A DNA stretch of 64,000 nt from the human T2T-CHM13v2.0 reference genome, Homo sapiens (GCF_009914755.1 NC_060940.1), one strand, 5' to 3'. Positions 36,441 to 56,793 are shown, counted from the stretch's first letter. Notes: generated by a model from the sequence alone, not told the origin. A program made the numbers and translations.

Positions 36441-37195
36441 TACATGATTCCTTTTTAGGCTATTCTGAAAAAGCAAAACTGTAGGAAAAGAGACAGATCA
36501 ATAGTTGTCAGGGAGTTGGGGTAAATGGAAGAAATTTACTACTAAGTAGTAAAAAAGGGGCATTTGAGTGTGATGGAAATATTCTATATCTTGATTGTCA
36601 TAGTGGTTAATCAACGGTATATATTTGTCAAAACTCATGAACTCTACTCTTTTAAACAGTGAATGTTAATAAGTGTAGATGATACATAAACAAATCTGGC
36701 TTTTAGTTTTTAATTTAATTTAATTTTTAAAAATAGAGATGAGGTCTCACTGTATTGCCCAGGCTGGTGTTGAACTCCTGGGCTCAAGTGATCCTCCCAC
36801 CTCAGCCTCCGAAAGTGCTGGGATTACAGGTGTGAGCCACCACCCCCAGCCTAAATCTGGCTTTAAAGAGTCCTGGGAGATTTATGTATTTCAAAAATTA
36901 GATGGAGGGTTTTTGGTTTTCACTGTCTTGGTGGCTATGGGGATGCTCATTGTCCAAGCTGCCTGTTTCATTCTAAAGCAACGGTTCTACTCAAGGGATT
37001 TCATATCTTCATGTCCAGATTGGACACTGGAACCCGCCTTGCAGCCTCTAAATCCAGGGGTTTGGGATTCTGTCTCCAGACCTCCACACATCACCCTCCA
37101 GGACTGCCTCTTCCAGCACAGAGAGTCACAGACATTGATCGCCCTCACTTGCAGGACCAGAAGCATTCTTCAAGGCCCAGTCTCTGGGAATTTAG

Positions 37196-37828
<633 letters not shown>

Positions 37829-38105
37829 TGATCTGCCTGCCTCAGCCTCCCAAAGTGCTGGGATTACAGGGGTGAGCCACTGTGCCCAGCAAAAGCAAAA
37901 GCCTCTTAACTCTCCTTAGGGGCAGGGGCAACCCCAAACATTTACTCATTCAGTAATACTTACTAAGCATCTACTATGCTTCAGGCACTGTTTTAGGTCC
38001 TGGGGATAGACCAATGAAGAAAAACAAATAATAACAATACTTCCTCTGTGGAGTTTACATTCTAGTAGGAAAAATGGACAATAAACTGGACAGCAAAGTA
38101 AATTA

Positions 38106-38804
<699 letters not shown>

Positions 38805-39195
38805 TGAGGCTTTCTTGGGAAAGAGCATTCAAGCAAGAGAACAGGCATGCTGGAATGATCACAGTCCAGGGCAGCAGCGTGACTGGTGAGGAGAGGGCCA
38901 GAGGGCCATGAAGTCAGAGAGAGAACGAGATCTCTGATGGGTTAAATCTCTGTAGGCCACAGTGAGAACTTTGGCTTGTATTTTGAGTGAAATATGGAGC
39001 CACTGGAGGATTTTTTTTTCCTTTTTTATAATTTTTCCTTTCAACTGTAGAGATGGGGATCTCACTATATTGCCCAGGCTGGTCTCAAATTCCTGGCCTG
39101 AGGTGCTCCTCCCACCTCGGCCTCCCAAAGTGCTGGAGTAACAGGTGTGAGCCACTGCCCCTGGCTACACTGGAGGGTTCTGAACAAGAAAGTGA

Positions 39196-39768
<573 letters not shown>

Positions 39769-40493
39769 TAAATCTGAAAACATAATATGATAAAAACGTA
39801 TAAGCTTGCCTGCTGAAAATTAAACCCTAATTCAAGTCTAAATTTTGAAGATGGCTTGAGGGAAAACCTTCACACAGGAGATGGCTGACTTAGCCATTAA
39901 TTCTCAGATGTTCTGTGGTGAGATAATTACAGTTTTTCCAAACAGGTCAAACCTGTATGGTTAACTAATAGAACTAATTTTTTTTCTTTTCTTCCTTTCT
40001 TTCTTTTTTTTTTTTTTTTTTGAGACAGAATCTCCCTCTGTTGTTCAAGCTAGAGTGCAGTGGCTTGATCTTGGCTCACTGCAATCTGTGCCTCCCAGGT
40101 TCATGTGATTCTCCTGCCTCAGCCTCCTGAGTAGCTGGGATTAGCGCGTGCCACAATGCCTGGCTAATTTTTGTATTTTTAGTAGAGATGGGGTTTCACC
40201 ATGTTGGCCAGGCTGGTCTCGAACTCCTGACCTCAGGTGAGCCGCCCACCTCGGCCTCCAAAAGTGTTGGGATTACAGGCATGAACCACAGTGCCTGGCC
40301 TAAGTTTTTTTTATTCATGAAAAATATATGGCTTCAATTGTTAACAATGATTCCTCTTGGGATTTAGGGATGGGCGGTGGACACTAAAACAATGCTTGGG
40401 GCCGGGCACGGTGGCTCACGCCTGTAATCCCAGCACTTGGGGAGGCCGAGGTGAGTGGATCACGAGGTCAGGAGATCGAGACCATCCTGGCTA

Positions 40494-40829
<336 letters not shown>

Positions 40830-41304
40830 TTATCTGATCTTAACTGAATTTTCAAAAGACTGTCTAATACCTTCTAATTACCACAAGCCAGCTTGTCCTT
40901 TTCCAGCCGCCTGGCAGTACAGATGATAGATAATCCGTCTGAAAAAGGCTTCCTCAGGGCAGTGACATCTTTCCAGGTTGAACGGGATTTCTTCACCGCA
41001 CAGGGAGAGTCTGAAGATCCTTCCCAATTTCTTGTAAACGAATATAGTTCCTTCACTCTGTTGTGTTTTAAATATTTTTATGTTTTGGTTTGTTTGTTTG
41101 TTTGTTTGTGTATAAGGATAGGGTATCACTCTGTAACCCAGGCTGCAGGACAGTGGCCTGATCACAGCTCACTGCAGCCTCTACCTCCTGGACTCAAGTG
41201 CTCCTCCTACCTCAGTTTCCCGAGTAGCTAGGACTACGTGCGTGCACCAGCACACTTGGCTAATTTTTTATTTTTATTTTTAGTAGACACAAGGGTCTTG
41301 CTAA

Positions 41305-41418
<114 letters not shown>

Positions 41419-41427
41419 TAATGGTAG

Positions 41428-41604
<177 letters not shown>

Positions 41605-41665
41605 TAGTAGAGATGGGGTTTCTCCATGTTGGTCAGGCTGGTCTTGAACTCCCAACCTCAGGTAA

Positions 41666-42028
<363 letters not shown>

Positions 42029-42333
42029 TAATTTTTTTAAGTGGTAAAGTTATACATCCTCATTGTAAAAAAAAAAATGCAGACCATATAGAAATGTATA
42101 AATCTCATTTTACAGAGCTAACCACTGTTTAAAGTATGGTTGTATATCCTTTCCAATTTAACAAATATATACATATATATAATTTCATGTTTATTTTTTA
42201 TTGAGATACAATTCACATACCATAAATCACCATTCTAAGGTATACAATTCACCAGGCACAGGGCTGTAATCCCAGCACTTTGGGAGGCTAAGGAGAGAGG
42301 ATCAGTTGAGCCCAGGAGTTTGAGACCTGCCTA

Positions 42334-42561
<228 letters not shown>

Positions 42562-42754
42562 TTAAATAGATTCACAAAATTGTGCAATCATTACCACAGT
42601 CTATTTCCAGAACATTTCATCACCTAAAATGAAACCCTATGCCCATTAGTACTCGCTCCCTAGCCTCCATTTCCCCAGCAAGCACCAACTTGCTTTCTGT
42701 CTCTCTAGATTTGCGTTCTGGATATTTCACTTAACGGAGTCAGACTATATGTGA

Positions 42755-43204
<450 letters not shown>

Positions 43205-43256
43205 TAGGCTGTTTCCAGTTTGGGGCTAGTGTGAGTCATTATTCATACTGCTATGA

Positions 43257-43684
<428 letters not shown>

Positions 43685-43956
43685 TAGGTGCGGTGGCTCA
43701 CGTTTGCAATCCCAGCACTTTGAGAGGCTGAGGCGGGCAAATAATTTGAGCTCAGAAATTCAAGACCAGCCTGGGCAAGGTAGAGAGACCCCCATGTCTA
43801 CAAAAAATAAAAAAGTAGTCAGGTGTGGTGGCCCGCACCTGTAGTTCCAGCTACTCAGGACGCTGAGGTGGGAGAATGACTCGAGCCCGTGAGGTTGAGG
43901 CTGCAGTGAGCCGAGATCACACCACTCCAGCCTAGGCAAGAGTGAGACCCTCTCTC

Positions 43957-43987
<31 letters not shown>

Positions 43988-44261
43988 CATCAAAATGTTT
44001 TGCACAGCAGTCACGCCATTTTACATTTCTGCCAGCAATGTGCACCAGGCTTCCAGTTTCTTCACATCTTCACTAACTCTTATTTCCTTTGCTTTAAACT
44101 CTAACCATCAAAGTAGGTGTAAAGGGTATCTCACTGTGGTTTTGATTTGCATTTCTCTAATGACTAATAGTGTTAAGTATCATTTCATGTGCATGTTGGC
44201 CATTTATATGTCATTGGAGAAATGTCTACTCAAACCGTTTGCTCATTTAGAAACTTAGGTA

Positions 44262-44811
<550 letters not shown>

Positions 44812-45539
44812 TTAGCCAGGCATGGTGGCATGCACCTGTGGTTTCAGCTACTTAGGAGCAGAGGTGGGAGGATCGCTTGATTCTGGGAGTTCAAGGTTGC
44901 ATTGAGCTGTGATCGCGCCAGTGCACTCTCGCTTGGGTGACAGAGCAAGACCTTGTCTCAAAAAATTTAAAACAAAACAAAAAAAACTGGTTATTTGTCT
45001 TTTTATTGTTGAATTATAAGAGTTTTAAAAAATATATTCTGGAAACAAATCCCTTATTAGAGATATGATTTGCAAATATTTTCTCCAATTTTTTTTTTTT
45101 TTAAAGACAAAGTTTCACTTTGTCGCCCAGGCTGGTCTTGATTCCTGGCTTCAAGAGATGCTCTTACCTCCACCTCCTGAAGCCCCAAAGGGCTGGAATT
45201 ACAGCCAGTGAGCCACTGCACCCAGCCTCCAATTCTTTAGATTTTACATTTTAGAACCAAAATGGGTTAAATACACTGTTCTGTAATCTGCTCTTTTCTT
45301 TAATAGTAGTTCATGTACATCTTTCAAGGTCCAGAGAAAGCTCTCACTTTCTCCCCGTTTTATTTTTCCTTCCCTCATTCTTTTTCACTGCTGCATAGCA
45401 TTCCATTGTAATTTTGCCACTGTTTATTAGACCAGTCCTCTGCTGAGCTTTACAGAGCCCTTAGTTGGGATGTTAGTGAGAAACCATGACAGCAGTGGAG
45501 ACTGTCATCTCCCTGACATGCTGTCAGCTTTTGGATGAT

Positions 45540-45801
45540 GTGAAAATGCAAGCAGGCACAGGAAATGTCTCTAACTTGCTTACACTTCCTCCCTGAACCC
45601 CTGCGGTTTCACAACTCCTGCAGGCACACCTCCCTCCCCGCCTGCCAGTGTCACCAGCCTGTTGCCTCTGTGAGAAAGTACCACTGTAAGAGGCCAAAGG
45701 GCATGATCATTTTCCTCTTTCACCCTGTCTAGGTTGCCAGCAAATCCCACGGGCCTCCTGACGCTGCCCCTGGGGCCACAGGTCCCTCGAGTGCTGGAAG
45801 G
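45540..45801 (+). promoter_or_regulatory. ITGAL: ITGAL TATA-less leukocyte promoter and 5'UTR
   Basis: ETS cores CAGGAAAT (45559) and ACTTCCT (45584); RUNX TGCGGT (45602) overlapping C/EBP-like TTTCACAA; Sp1 CCCCGCC (45636); PU.1-type TTTCCTCTTT (45711-45720). Confidence 0.8.
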
Positions 45802-45862
45802 ATGAAGGATTCCTGCATCACTGTGATGGCCATGGCGCTGCTGTCTGGGTTCTTTTTCTTCG
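45802..45862 (+). CDS. ITGAL: Integrin alpha-L (CD11a) exon 1, signal peptide MKDSCITVMAMALLSGFFFF
   Basis: ATG at 45802; donor G|GTAGGC; 61 nt. Confidence 0.97.
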
Positions 45863-47159
45863 GTAGGCAAGGGAGGAGGCAGGGGAAGGGACATGTGTCT
45901 GTGACCAGAGAAACTGCAGGGCTTGGTGCAGCTGGAGTAAACAAGGAGCTGCCCCCTAAAAGTGGGATTGGCCTTAGGGATATGGGGCCCAGGGATCTTG
46001 GAAGGAGAAAGGGGAGAGTGGGGAAATAAAAGAAACAAATAAGCAAGGGGTGGAGGCAAAGACAGAGAAGGGAGCATAAGAAGGGGCAGTGGGTTCTTTA
46101 AAAAGACAGATAGGGCCAGGCGCGGTGGCTCACGCCTGTAATCCCAGCACTTTAGGAGGCTAAAGTGGGCAGATTACTTGAGGTCAGGAATTTAAGACAG
46201 ACTGGCCAACATGGCAAAACCTCGTCTCTACTAAAAATACAATAAAATTAGCTTGGCGTGGTGGCACAGGCCTGTAATCCCAGCTACTCGGGAGGCTGAG
46301 GCATGAGAATCATTTCATCCCATGAGGCAGAGGTTGCAGTGAGCCAAGCTCGTGCCAATGCACTCCAGCCTGGGTGACAGAGCAAGACTCTGTCTCTTAA
46401 ACAACAAACAAACAAAAGGCAGATAGTTATTGAGTAGCTAGAGCTGGGAGGAGGGTGCTGGGTTCTGGGGCCACCTCTGCGCGTTTTAGGCAAGTCCTTT
46501 CCCCTTTCCAGCCCCACACCCTTCATCTAAACAAATGAAGGCCCAGCCTCCATGACATTCTAGGATGCTCTGAACTAAACTCCATGCGGGGAGAGAAAGC
46601 AGGGCGGAAAGGACAGCTGGGTGTGCCAGGGCGCCTGGGCAGGCTGACTGAGGGGGAAGGGAGCTGGGATCTACAGATGCTCCGAAAGACTGGCCCGGTG
46701 GGGTGGGGAGGCAGCCCCCCAGGGATCAGGGGAGCTACAATCTGAGACTGTGGGAGGAGGCGCCTGGGCCCCATGACCGCAGGAGAAGTGGGTGGCAGAG
46801 GCGCACCCGGCTCGGGGGCATCCCCATCTTGGCCTCTGCCTGAGAACTTGGTCACCCTCTGCCTTGGGGCCCCTTGGGTCTGCTCCTCTCTCTGGAGCCT
46901 CTAACTTCTCATCCTTCCTTTTTTGCAGAGAGGCCAAACGGGAAGTTGTATCCTCAGGCCCTGGGAAGAGCTTTCAGAGCTCTAGGGGGGCCGGGAGTTG
47001 CTCCTTCCATATTCCCAGAAGTCAACGCCCTGGAGGGGAAGCGCAGGGTGCGGGTGGCCTGGGGAGCGACATCCGGGTGGGCCTGGGATCGGCCACCTGC
47101 TGGGCACGTGCAGGGGCGGGGGTCCCTCGGTCGCAGCTGACGACCCTTGCCTTCCTCAG

Positions 47160-47262
47160 CGCCGGCCTCGAGCTACAACCTGGACGTGCGGGGCGCGCGG
47201 AGCTTCTCCCCACCGCGCGCCGGGAGGCACTTTGGATACCGCGTCCTGCAGGTCGGAAACGG
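47160..47262 (+). CDS. ITGAL: ITGAL exon 2 ([34 protein letters not shown])
   Basis: cttcctcag| and |gtgagc, 103 nt; mature N-terminus YNLD and first FG-GAP repeat; lies in a CpG island. Confidence 0.97.
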
Positions 47263-48269
47263 GTGAGCTGTGCCCCACAAGTCCTCCTCCTGATGCCCGC
47301 CCTGGGGCAGCCCCCGAGGCGGTGGCCGCCTCCCCGACCCTCGCCTGGGCTAGTCGGTGGCACGAGGCAGCTCTCCAGGGGTTCCCGTCTGGAGGAGCCT
47401 GTGGTGGGAATCCTCAGAGACAGGAGTGAGGGATCAAAAAGCGGGATACACGCGATCAGGGAGGCCATGGAAGTGCAGAACAGGGAAGGATCCCAGCCCC
47501 AAAACACTTCGCATTGCCCAGTAGGTTCCTGACACTCCCTTACTCCCCTGCGAGCGCCTGGAAGCCAGGAGTCTGTTCTCTCTTCCTAACCCTTCTTAGA
47601 TACGCCACCGCCCAGCACACAGTAGGTAAGCCATGAATGGCTTTTGAATCAAGGATTGAATGAATGTACTTATCATGAGACATTCTGGCGGATCATTCTC
47701 TGGGCCTCAGAGACTGTAAATGCAAAGGAACCTTAATTTTCTAGGATTTTAGCATTTGGAATTATTTCTCTGCGATTCTGTAGGGAAGAGATGAGGACGG
47801 AGGCATCTTCTTTTTTTTTTTTTCTTTTTTTTTTTTTTGAGAGGGAGTTTTCGCTCTTGTCGCCCAGGCTGTAGTGCAACGGTTAGATCTCACCTCTCTG
47901 CAATCTGTGCCTCCCAGGTTCAAGCCATTCTCCTGCCTCAGCCTCCCAAATAGATGGGATTACAGGCATGCACCACCACGCTGGGCTAATTGTTGTATTT
48001 TTAGTAGAGACGGGGTTTCACCATATTGGCCAGGCTGGTCTCAAGTTCCTGACCTCAGGTGATCCACCGACATCGGCCTCCCAAAGTACTTTGGCCTCAT
48101 GCGAAAGTTACAGGCATGAGCCACCCCACCTGGCCAGAGGCACCTTCTTGAAGGGGAATGGCTGCAGTGCTTGGAGAAATGAGACAGGAGATCTGAACCT
48201 CCTTAGCAGGCAGGAGTAGATGGGTACAGATCTGGGCCACTCCCTCTCACAGGTGAGATTTCTCACCAG

Positions 48270-48364
48270 GGTCATCGTGGGAGCTCCAGGGGAGGGGAAC
48301 AGCACAGGAAGCCTCTATCAGTGCCAGTCGGGCACAGGACACTGCCTGCCAGTCACCCTGAGAG
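48270..48364 (+). CDS. ITGAL: ITGAL exon 3 ([32 protein letters not shown])
   Basis: caccag| and |gtgagt, 95 nt, frame-consistent, GAP motif. Confidence 0.96.
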
Positions 48365-48476
48365 GTGAGTAACTGGGGGGTGAGCTGGGAGGAATGGGAT
48401 CTTGGGGAAACTGAGGCTGGCCCCAGCCCACCTAGACTGCCTGAGCTCCTCCAGACCAACCTTCTGGTGCCTACAG

Positions 48477-48544
48477 GTTCCAACTATACCTCCAAGTACT
48501 TGGGAATGACCTTGGCAACAGACCCCACAGATGGAAGCATTTTG
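48477..48544 (+). CDS. ITGAL: ITGAL exon 4 ([23 protein letters not shown])
   Basis: ctacag| and |gtaaga, 68 nt. Confidence 0.96.
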
Positions 48545-49004
48545 GTAAGAATTTTGTGCAGTGGTGTTATCAGAGCCTGTGAAGCTCAATTCAAGTAATG
48601 AGAGAAGAAAAGAAGAAGAATGTGGATAAAAGTTCCCACAGATGGTCAAAGGCATCAGAGTCAATTAGTGTTTATTGAGAACCAATGATGAACCAGCCTT
48701 TTTTTTTTTTTTTTTTTTTTTTTTTGAGACAAGGTCTCATTCTATTATTCTATTGCCCAGGCTGGAGTGCAGTGGCGTGATCACAGCTCATTGTAGCCTC
48801 AACCTCCCTGCACTCAAGTAATCCTCCCACCTCAGCCTCCCAATTAGCTGGGACTATAGGCGCATGCTACCATGCCCAGCTAATTTTTATATTTTTTGTA
48901 GACAGAGAGTGTCACCATGTTGCCCAGACTGGTCTTGAGCTCAAGAATCCTCCTGCCTCTAATCCCAGCACTTGGGAGGCCGAGGCAGGCGGATCACGAG
49001 GTCA

Positions 49005-49311
<307 letters not shown>

Positions 49312-49588
49312 TTAACCTCACTTTTCTTCCAAATATGAAATATCTGTGATCATTGATATGCAATATGATTTTTAGTGGTATACAAACTTTTAATGTTTTC
49401 ATGGTTATAAATTTAATGGCTTATTAGAAAAAAATATATGACAAGCACATCAAATTTATAATTTCTTACATCATATTGCTTAGGAAGAGGCTGAAGTTAA
49501 ACAAAAATTTAAAGGAAAATATTAAGAAAATAATAGTATGCTCATATGGCAGATATTGTGAAGTATTACACAAATGCCTAAAGTTTAG

Positions 49589-49835
<247 letters not shown>

Positions 49836-50591
49836 TGATCTGCCCGCCTCGGCCTCCCAAAATGCTGGGATTACAGGCATGAGCTACCACACCTGGTCAC
49901 TTTATTTCTTTTAAACCCTCAAGACACTCCGGTGAGATAGGGATCAGTGTACACATTTCACACACGAGGAAACAGGACCAAAGGGTTAAGAGACTTGACC
50001 AAGGTCACATGGTTGCAAAGTGGTAGAGTCAGGATTTGAATAAAATTCTCATTTGATCCCAAGTTCATTGCTCTCTCCAACTTATCCCAGCCAGCATCCT
50101 TCTGTGTGAGAGATAGAAGACTGAGTGAAATATTCATCCAGTATTTAAGTAGAGCTTGTTTATTTAGCTACTATTATAGCCAGGCATTGGGCGAGGTTCT
50201 GACAGGGGAAGGGGAGTGAGATACAAAGTTGATGAGGCCGGGCTGGTGGCTCACATCTGTAATCCCAGCACTTTGGGAAGCCAAAGCTGGAGGATTGCTT
50301 GAGGCCAGGAGTTCAAGACCAGCCTGGTCAATCCTGTACCTACAAAAAAAAAAAAAATGTTTTTTTCATTAGCTGGGCATGGTGGCACACACGTGTAGTC
50401 CCAGCTACTTGGGAGGATCAGTTGAGGCCAGGAGTTCAAGGCTGCAGTGAGCTTGATCATACCACTACACTACAGCCAGGGAGACAGAGTGAGACCTGTG
50501 TCTAAAAAGAACAAAAACAAAACAAAGCAAAAAGATGACCATGATACAAGCCCAGACTTTGAAGAAATTGCAATCTGGCAGGAAAGGGTCA

Positions 50592-51294
<703 letters not shown>

Positions 51295-52055
51295 TCAAAA
51301 AAAAAAAAGAAAGAAAGAAAAAGAAAGAAAGTGGGGGGCGGAGGGGAGGGGAGAGGAAGGGAAAAAGAAAGAAAGAGGCATGGCCGGGCGCGGTGGCTCA
51401 TGCCTGTAATCCCAGCACTTTGGGAGGCCGAGGCAGGCAGATCACGAGGTTGGGAGATCAAGACCATCCTGGCTAACACGGTGAAACCCCGTCTCTGCTA
51501 AAAATACAAAAAATTAGCCGGGTGTAGTGGCGGGTGCCTGTAGTCCCAGCTACTCAGAAGGCTGAGGCAGGAGAATGGCGTGAACCCGGGAGGCGAAGCT
51601 TGCAGTGAGCCGAGATCATGCCATGCAGTCCAGCCTAGGCGATAGAGCGAGACTCCATCTCAAAAAAAAAAAAAAAAAAAGAAAGAAAGAAAGAGGCACT
51701 GTATATTCTGGGAATCTTGATAATTTGATTTGGCTGGAACACAGAAAAAGAGATTGGGACTAGGAGAAGATGGACCTGGAAATGTGGGGTCGTGCCCAGT
51801 GTAAGCCCAGATAAGGAGTCCAGACTCACCACCAGTCCTACAGGCGGTGAGCATCCATTGGCATAGAGCATTGGTAGGATGGGAGGGATGGACAGTAGAG
51901 ACTGTGGAGGCGGACATTCCTTGCCTTGGTAACCAGTTGGATAGAGGAAGTGAGAAAGAGGACAAGGACTCTGAACGTTCCTAGTTTTGGTTGATGTTGC
52001 CCAAAAGACACATAGCAAATAGGAGACCCAAATCTTTGGCCTTTGCTTTCTTTAG

Positions 52056-52173
52056 GCCTGTGACCCTGGGCTGTCTCGAACGTGTGACCAGAACACCTAT
52101 CTGAGTGGCCTGTGTTACCTCTTCCGCCAGAATCTGCAGGGTCCCATGCTGCAGGGGCGCCCTGGTTTTCAGG
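52056..52173 (+). CDS. ITGAL: ITGAL exon 5 ([39 protein letters not shown])
   Basis: tttctttag| and |gtaagg, 118 nt. Confidence 0.97.
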
Positions 52174-52295
52174 GTAAGGAACTGGGGACTCATTGGGTAA
52201 AAATACCTCCAAATGGCTGTCCCTAGAGAGAACCAGCATGGGCAGGTCAAACACCAGAGATGCTTCACTGGGTCCCTTGCGTCTGGCTTCTGCAG

Positions 52296-52426
52296 AATGT
52301 ATCAAGGGCAACGTAGACCTGGTATTTCTGTTTGATGGTTCGATGAGCTTGCAGCCAGATGAATTTCAGAAAATTCTGGACTTCATGAAGGATGTGATGA
52401 AGAAACTCAGCAACACTTCGTACCAG
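52296..52426 (+). CDS. ITGAL: ITGAL exon 6, start of the I (vWA) domain with MIDAS DGSMS
   Basis: ttctgcag| and |gtaaaa, 131 nt; [44 protein letters not shown]. Confidence 0.97.
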
Positions 52427-52611
52427 GTAAAAAAGTTAGTTAGGATTCTTGGTTGCATGCAATAGATGCCTACCTGAACTGACTTAAACCATGAAAGGAA
52501 ATGTTAGTATGTGGAATCCTCAGAGCCTATGGGCATGGCTATAACTGGGCCTCTGGAAGGGACAAGAACCAGGGAGTAGAAAGCTTCTAGGAGTCTCTCT
52601 AGTTCTCATTT

Positions 52612-52644
<33 letters not shown>

Positions 52645-52645
52645 A

Positions 52646-52843
<198 letters not shown>

Positions 52844-53745
52844 TGACCTTGTGATCTGCCCACCTTGGCCTCCCAAAGTGCTGGGATTACAGGCGTGAGC
52901 CACCGTGCACAGCCATTTTTTCTTTTTGAGACAGGGTCTCACTGTGTCCCCAAGGCTGGAATCATGGTGGCACGATCATAGCTCACTGTAGCCTCAAACT
53001 CCTGGGCTCAAATGATCCTCCCAACTAGCTGGGACTACCCATGTGCACCACTGTGCGTGGCTAATTTTTAAATTTTCTGTAGAGATGGTTTATCATTGTG
53101 TTGCCCAGACTGGTCCCAAACTCCTGGATCTCTCAAGAGATCCTCCTGCCTTGGCCTCCCAAAGTGCTGGGATTACAGGCATGAGCCACTGTGCCCAGCT
53201 AGTTCTCATTTCTGTTTCTTTTTGCGTCTTTGCTTCCTTCTTCTCTTTTCTCAGTCTCCGTAGACTGGCTCCCTTAGCGCCTTTAGACCACATAGACCTA
53301 TGGAAAGCTCCTAAGTTCATGTGTTAAAGTTCCAAGAGGGTTTTTTACCTTCCCCTCAACCAACACCTCCCTTTGCAAATTTCCAGTTCTCAGAGAAGAG
53401 GTTCTGGCTGGCGTAGCTTCAGTCAGGTGTTGATCCCCGGCCCAGCCAACTGTATCTAGTTAAGCAGCGTCACTCAGCAGAAATATGGCTGCTGGAACCC
53501 ATCCCTATCAGTGACATAGGTGGACCCAGAAAACAGGAGCTCAACACACAGTGTTACATGAGGGAGCAAGGTTTATTTCATTTTATTTCTGTGTTTATTT
53601 GTATATTGCCTCATTTTCAAAAGAATTATCTGAGGCAAGGATGTGGAGTTGGGTTGCCCAGGTCCTGCATAAGAAGAGATTGAGCCAGGCATAGTGGCTC
53701 ACACCTGTAATCCCAGCACATTGGGAGGCTTAGCCGGGAGGATCA

Positions 53746-54015
<270 letters not shown>

Positions 54016-54048
54016 CTAGCACTTTGGGAGGCTGAGGCAGGTGGATCA

Positions 54049-54551
<503 letters not shown>

Positions 54552-54822
54552 GTGAGTTCCCTTTTGCAGGAGAGCACGTGTCCTGTGATTTGTTCTGGGT
54601 GATCTACCCACTTCCAGCTGCAGGGCATGGGAACTCAGTAGGTAGGTACAGCAAGGGGCAGTTTATTGTCTGAATTGAAGTGGAACAATTTTACTGCAGA
54701 TTCTTTTGGTTGTACGTAACAGAAATCTACTCTGTACTAATTAAATCCAAGAGAAAGTCTAAGCCAGGTGCACAGTCTGTAATCCCAGGGCTTTGGGAAG
54801 CTGAGGCAGGAGGATCTTTTGA

Positions 54823-55252
<430 letters not shown>

Positions 55253-56099
55253 TAAAAATAAATTAAAAAAGAAGAGCCAGGACACCAATGTGGCCGGAGA
55301 GAAATAAGTGAGGGGGGAAAATAGTAGGTGATGAGGTCAGAGAGATCATGAGGGTCTGGATGGGTTAGTGACTTGGAGGCCATAGTGAGGACTTTGGCTT
55401 TCCTCTGAGTAAGATGAGAAGTCATTAGAGGTTTTGAGTAGAGGAGTGATGATCTATGTTTTTTAAAAGATCCCTCTGGCTGCAGGGTTGATATTAGACT
55501 GTAGAGGGGGCAAGGGCGGGTGGAAGTGATAGGGCCAGTTAGAAGGCTACTGAAAAATCCAGATGAGAGACAATGGTTGTATAAACCAGGGTGGAAATCC
55601 ATGAACAGGACCCGCAATAGGCCCATGTCTGTGTGGATGGAGATTGGAGAAGCATTTTGCATCCAAGATAGAACCAGAGGTCTTGACAGCAGGTGTTCAT
55701 GGGTAAGACGGTTCACACCTTGCTGCTGTTCCAGCAAGAGCTATGGCCAACCCAACTTGCTCAGAGGAAGGCTGTGGGCAAAACAGGAATTTTCTTTTTC
55801 TTTTTTTTTTAGAGTCAAGGTCTCACTCTGTTGCCCAGGCTGGAGCGCAGTGACGTGATCCTAGCTCACTGCAGCCTCAAACTCCTGGGCTCAAGCGATC
55901 CTCCTGTCTCAGCCTCCTGAGTAGTTGGGACTACAATCACACACCACCATGCCTGGCTAATTGTTTTCATCTTTGTAGAGTTGGAGTCTCGCTATGTTGC
56001 CCAGAATGGTCTGGAACTCCCAGGGCAGAAATTTTTAGCCTTGGCCCATCTGGTGTTCAGTTCTCCCTTCTTTATTTTATTTTTTTAATTTTTTTGAGG

Positions 56100-56161
56100 G
56101 TGGAGGATTTTAGCAAAAAACAGAAAGCCTGCTAGACAAATTCTAAAAGAGCTGTAACACT
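56100..56161 (-). pseudogene. U7 snRNA retropseudogene, antisense in ITGAL intron 7
   Basis: Minus strand agtgttacagctcttttagaatttgtctagcaggctttctg matches U7, including the Sm site AATTTGTCTAG; 3' hairpin degraded; A tail at about 56071-56095; TSD agttctccct at 56059-56068 and 56162-56171. Confidence 0.93.
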
Positions 56162-56793
56162 AGTTCTCCCTCCTTCATCTCACATGCACAACCGCCTCCT
56201 TTGTGCTGGGAGCCAGAGATACAGCAACAAATCCAACATGGTCCTTTCCTTGAGGAACTCATGGTTTAGGGGGAAAATTGACAGAGAAATGAGTCACGGT
56301 AATTCACTAGGTTCACTGCTATGGTAGAGATCCGGAGGCAGCCTGTGGACTATGGGAAGGCAGAGGAGGTGCTGGAAGAGCTTGCTCTGGAAGAGTGACT
56401 CCCCAGTTTTCTTCAGCTGTAGGACCCTCTCTTCCACATTGAAATCTCACTTGGATCAATATCTGTAGCTGATTAAAGAGTGGTGGCCATGTGGTTGCAA
56501 TGGAGGGTAGGAAGCCCAGAGTCATTCCTCACAAAACCTCCTCCTCCTGTCCATGGGCTCTGGGACACCCTCTGGACTGCCCAGGATGCAGTGTGAGGAC
56601 CACTGGTCCAGAAGGAAAGGGGTGGCAGCAAAGAGGTTTAGAGGTGACTGCTGCAGGCTTGGAATCCCGGCCTGGGAGATCCAGGAAGGGCTTTTGCGTA
56701 ACCAGCATGGAGGTGACTTGATGAGCAGGTGGGGAAAGAGACCTCAGGCCCTAGTTTGGGGGAGTCTCTCATCTCCTCCTTTCCTGGACACAG

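Noticed and set aside
46523-47532. Long ORFs (up to 246 aa) around ITGAL exon 2, and similar ones at 1766-2317
   Set aside because: CpG-island stop-codon depletion; they cross real splice sites and lack domain features.
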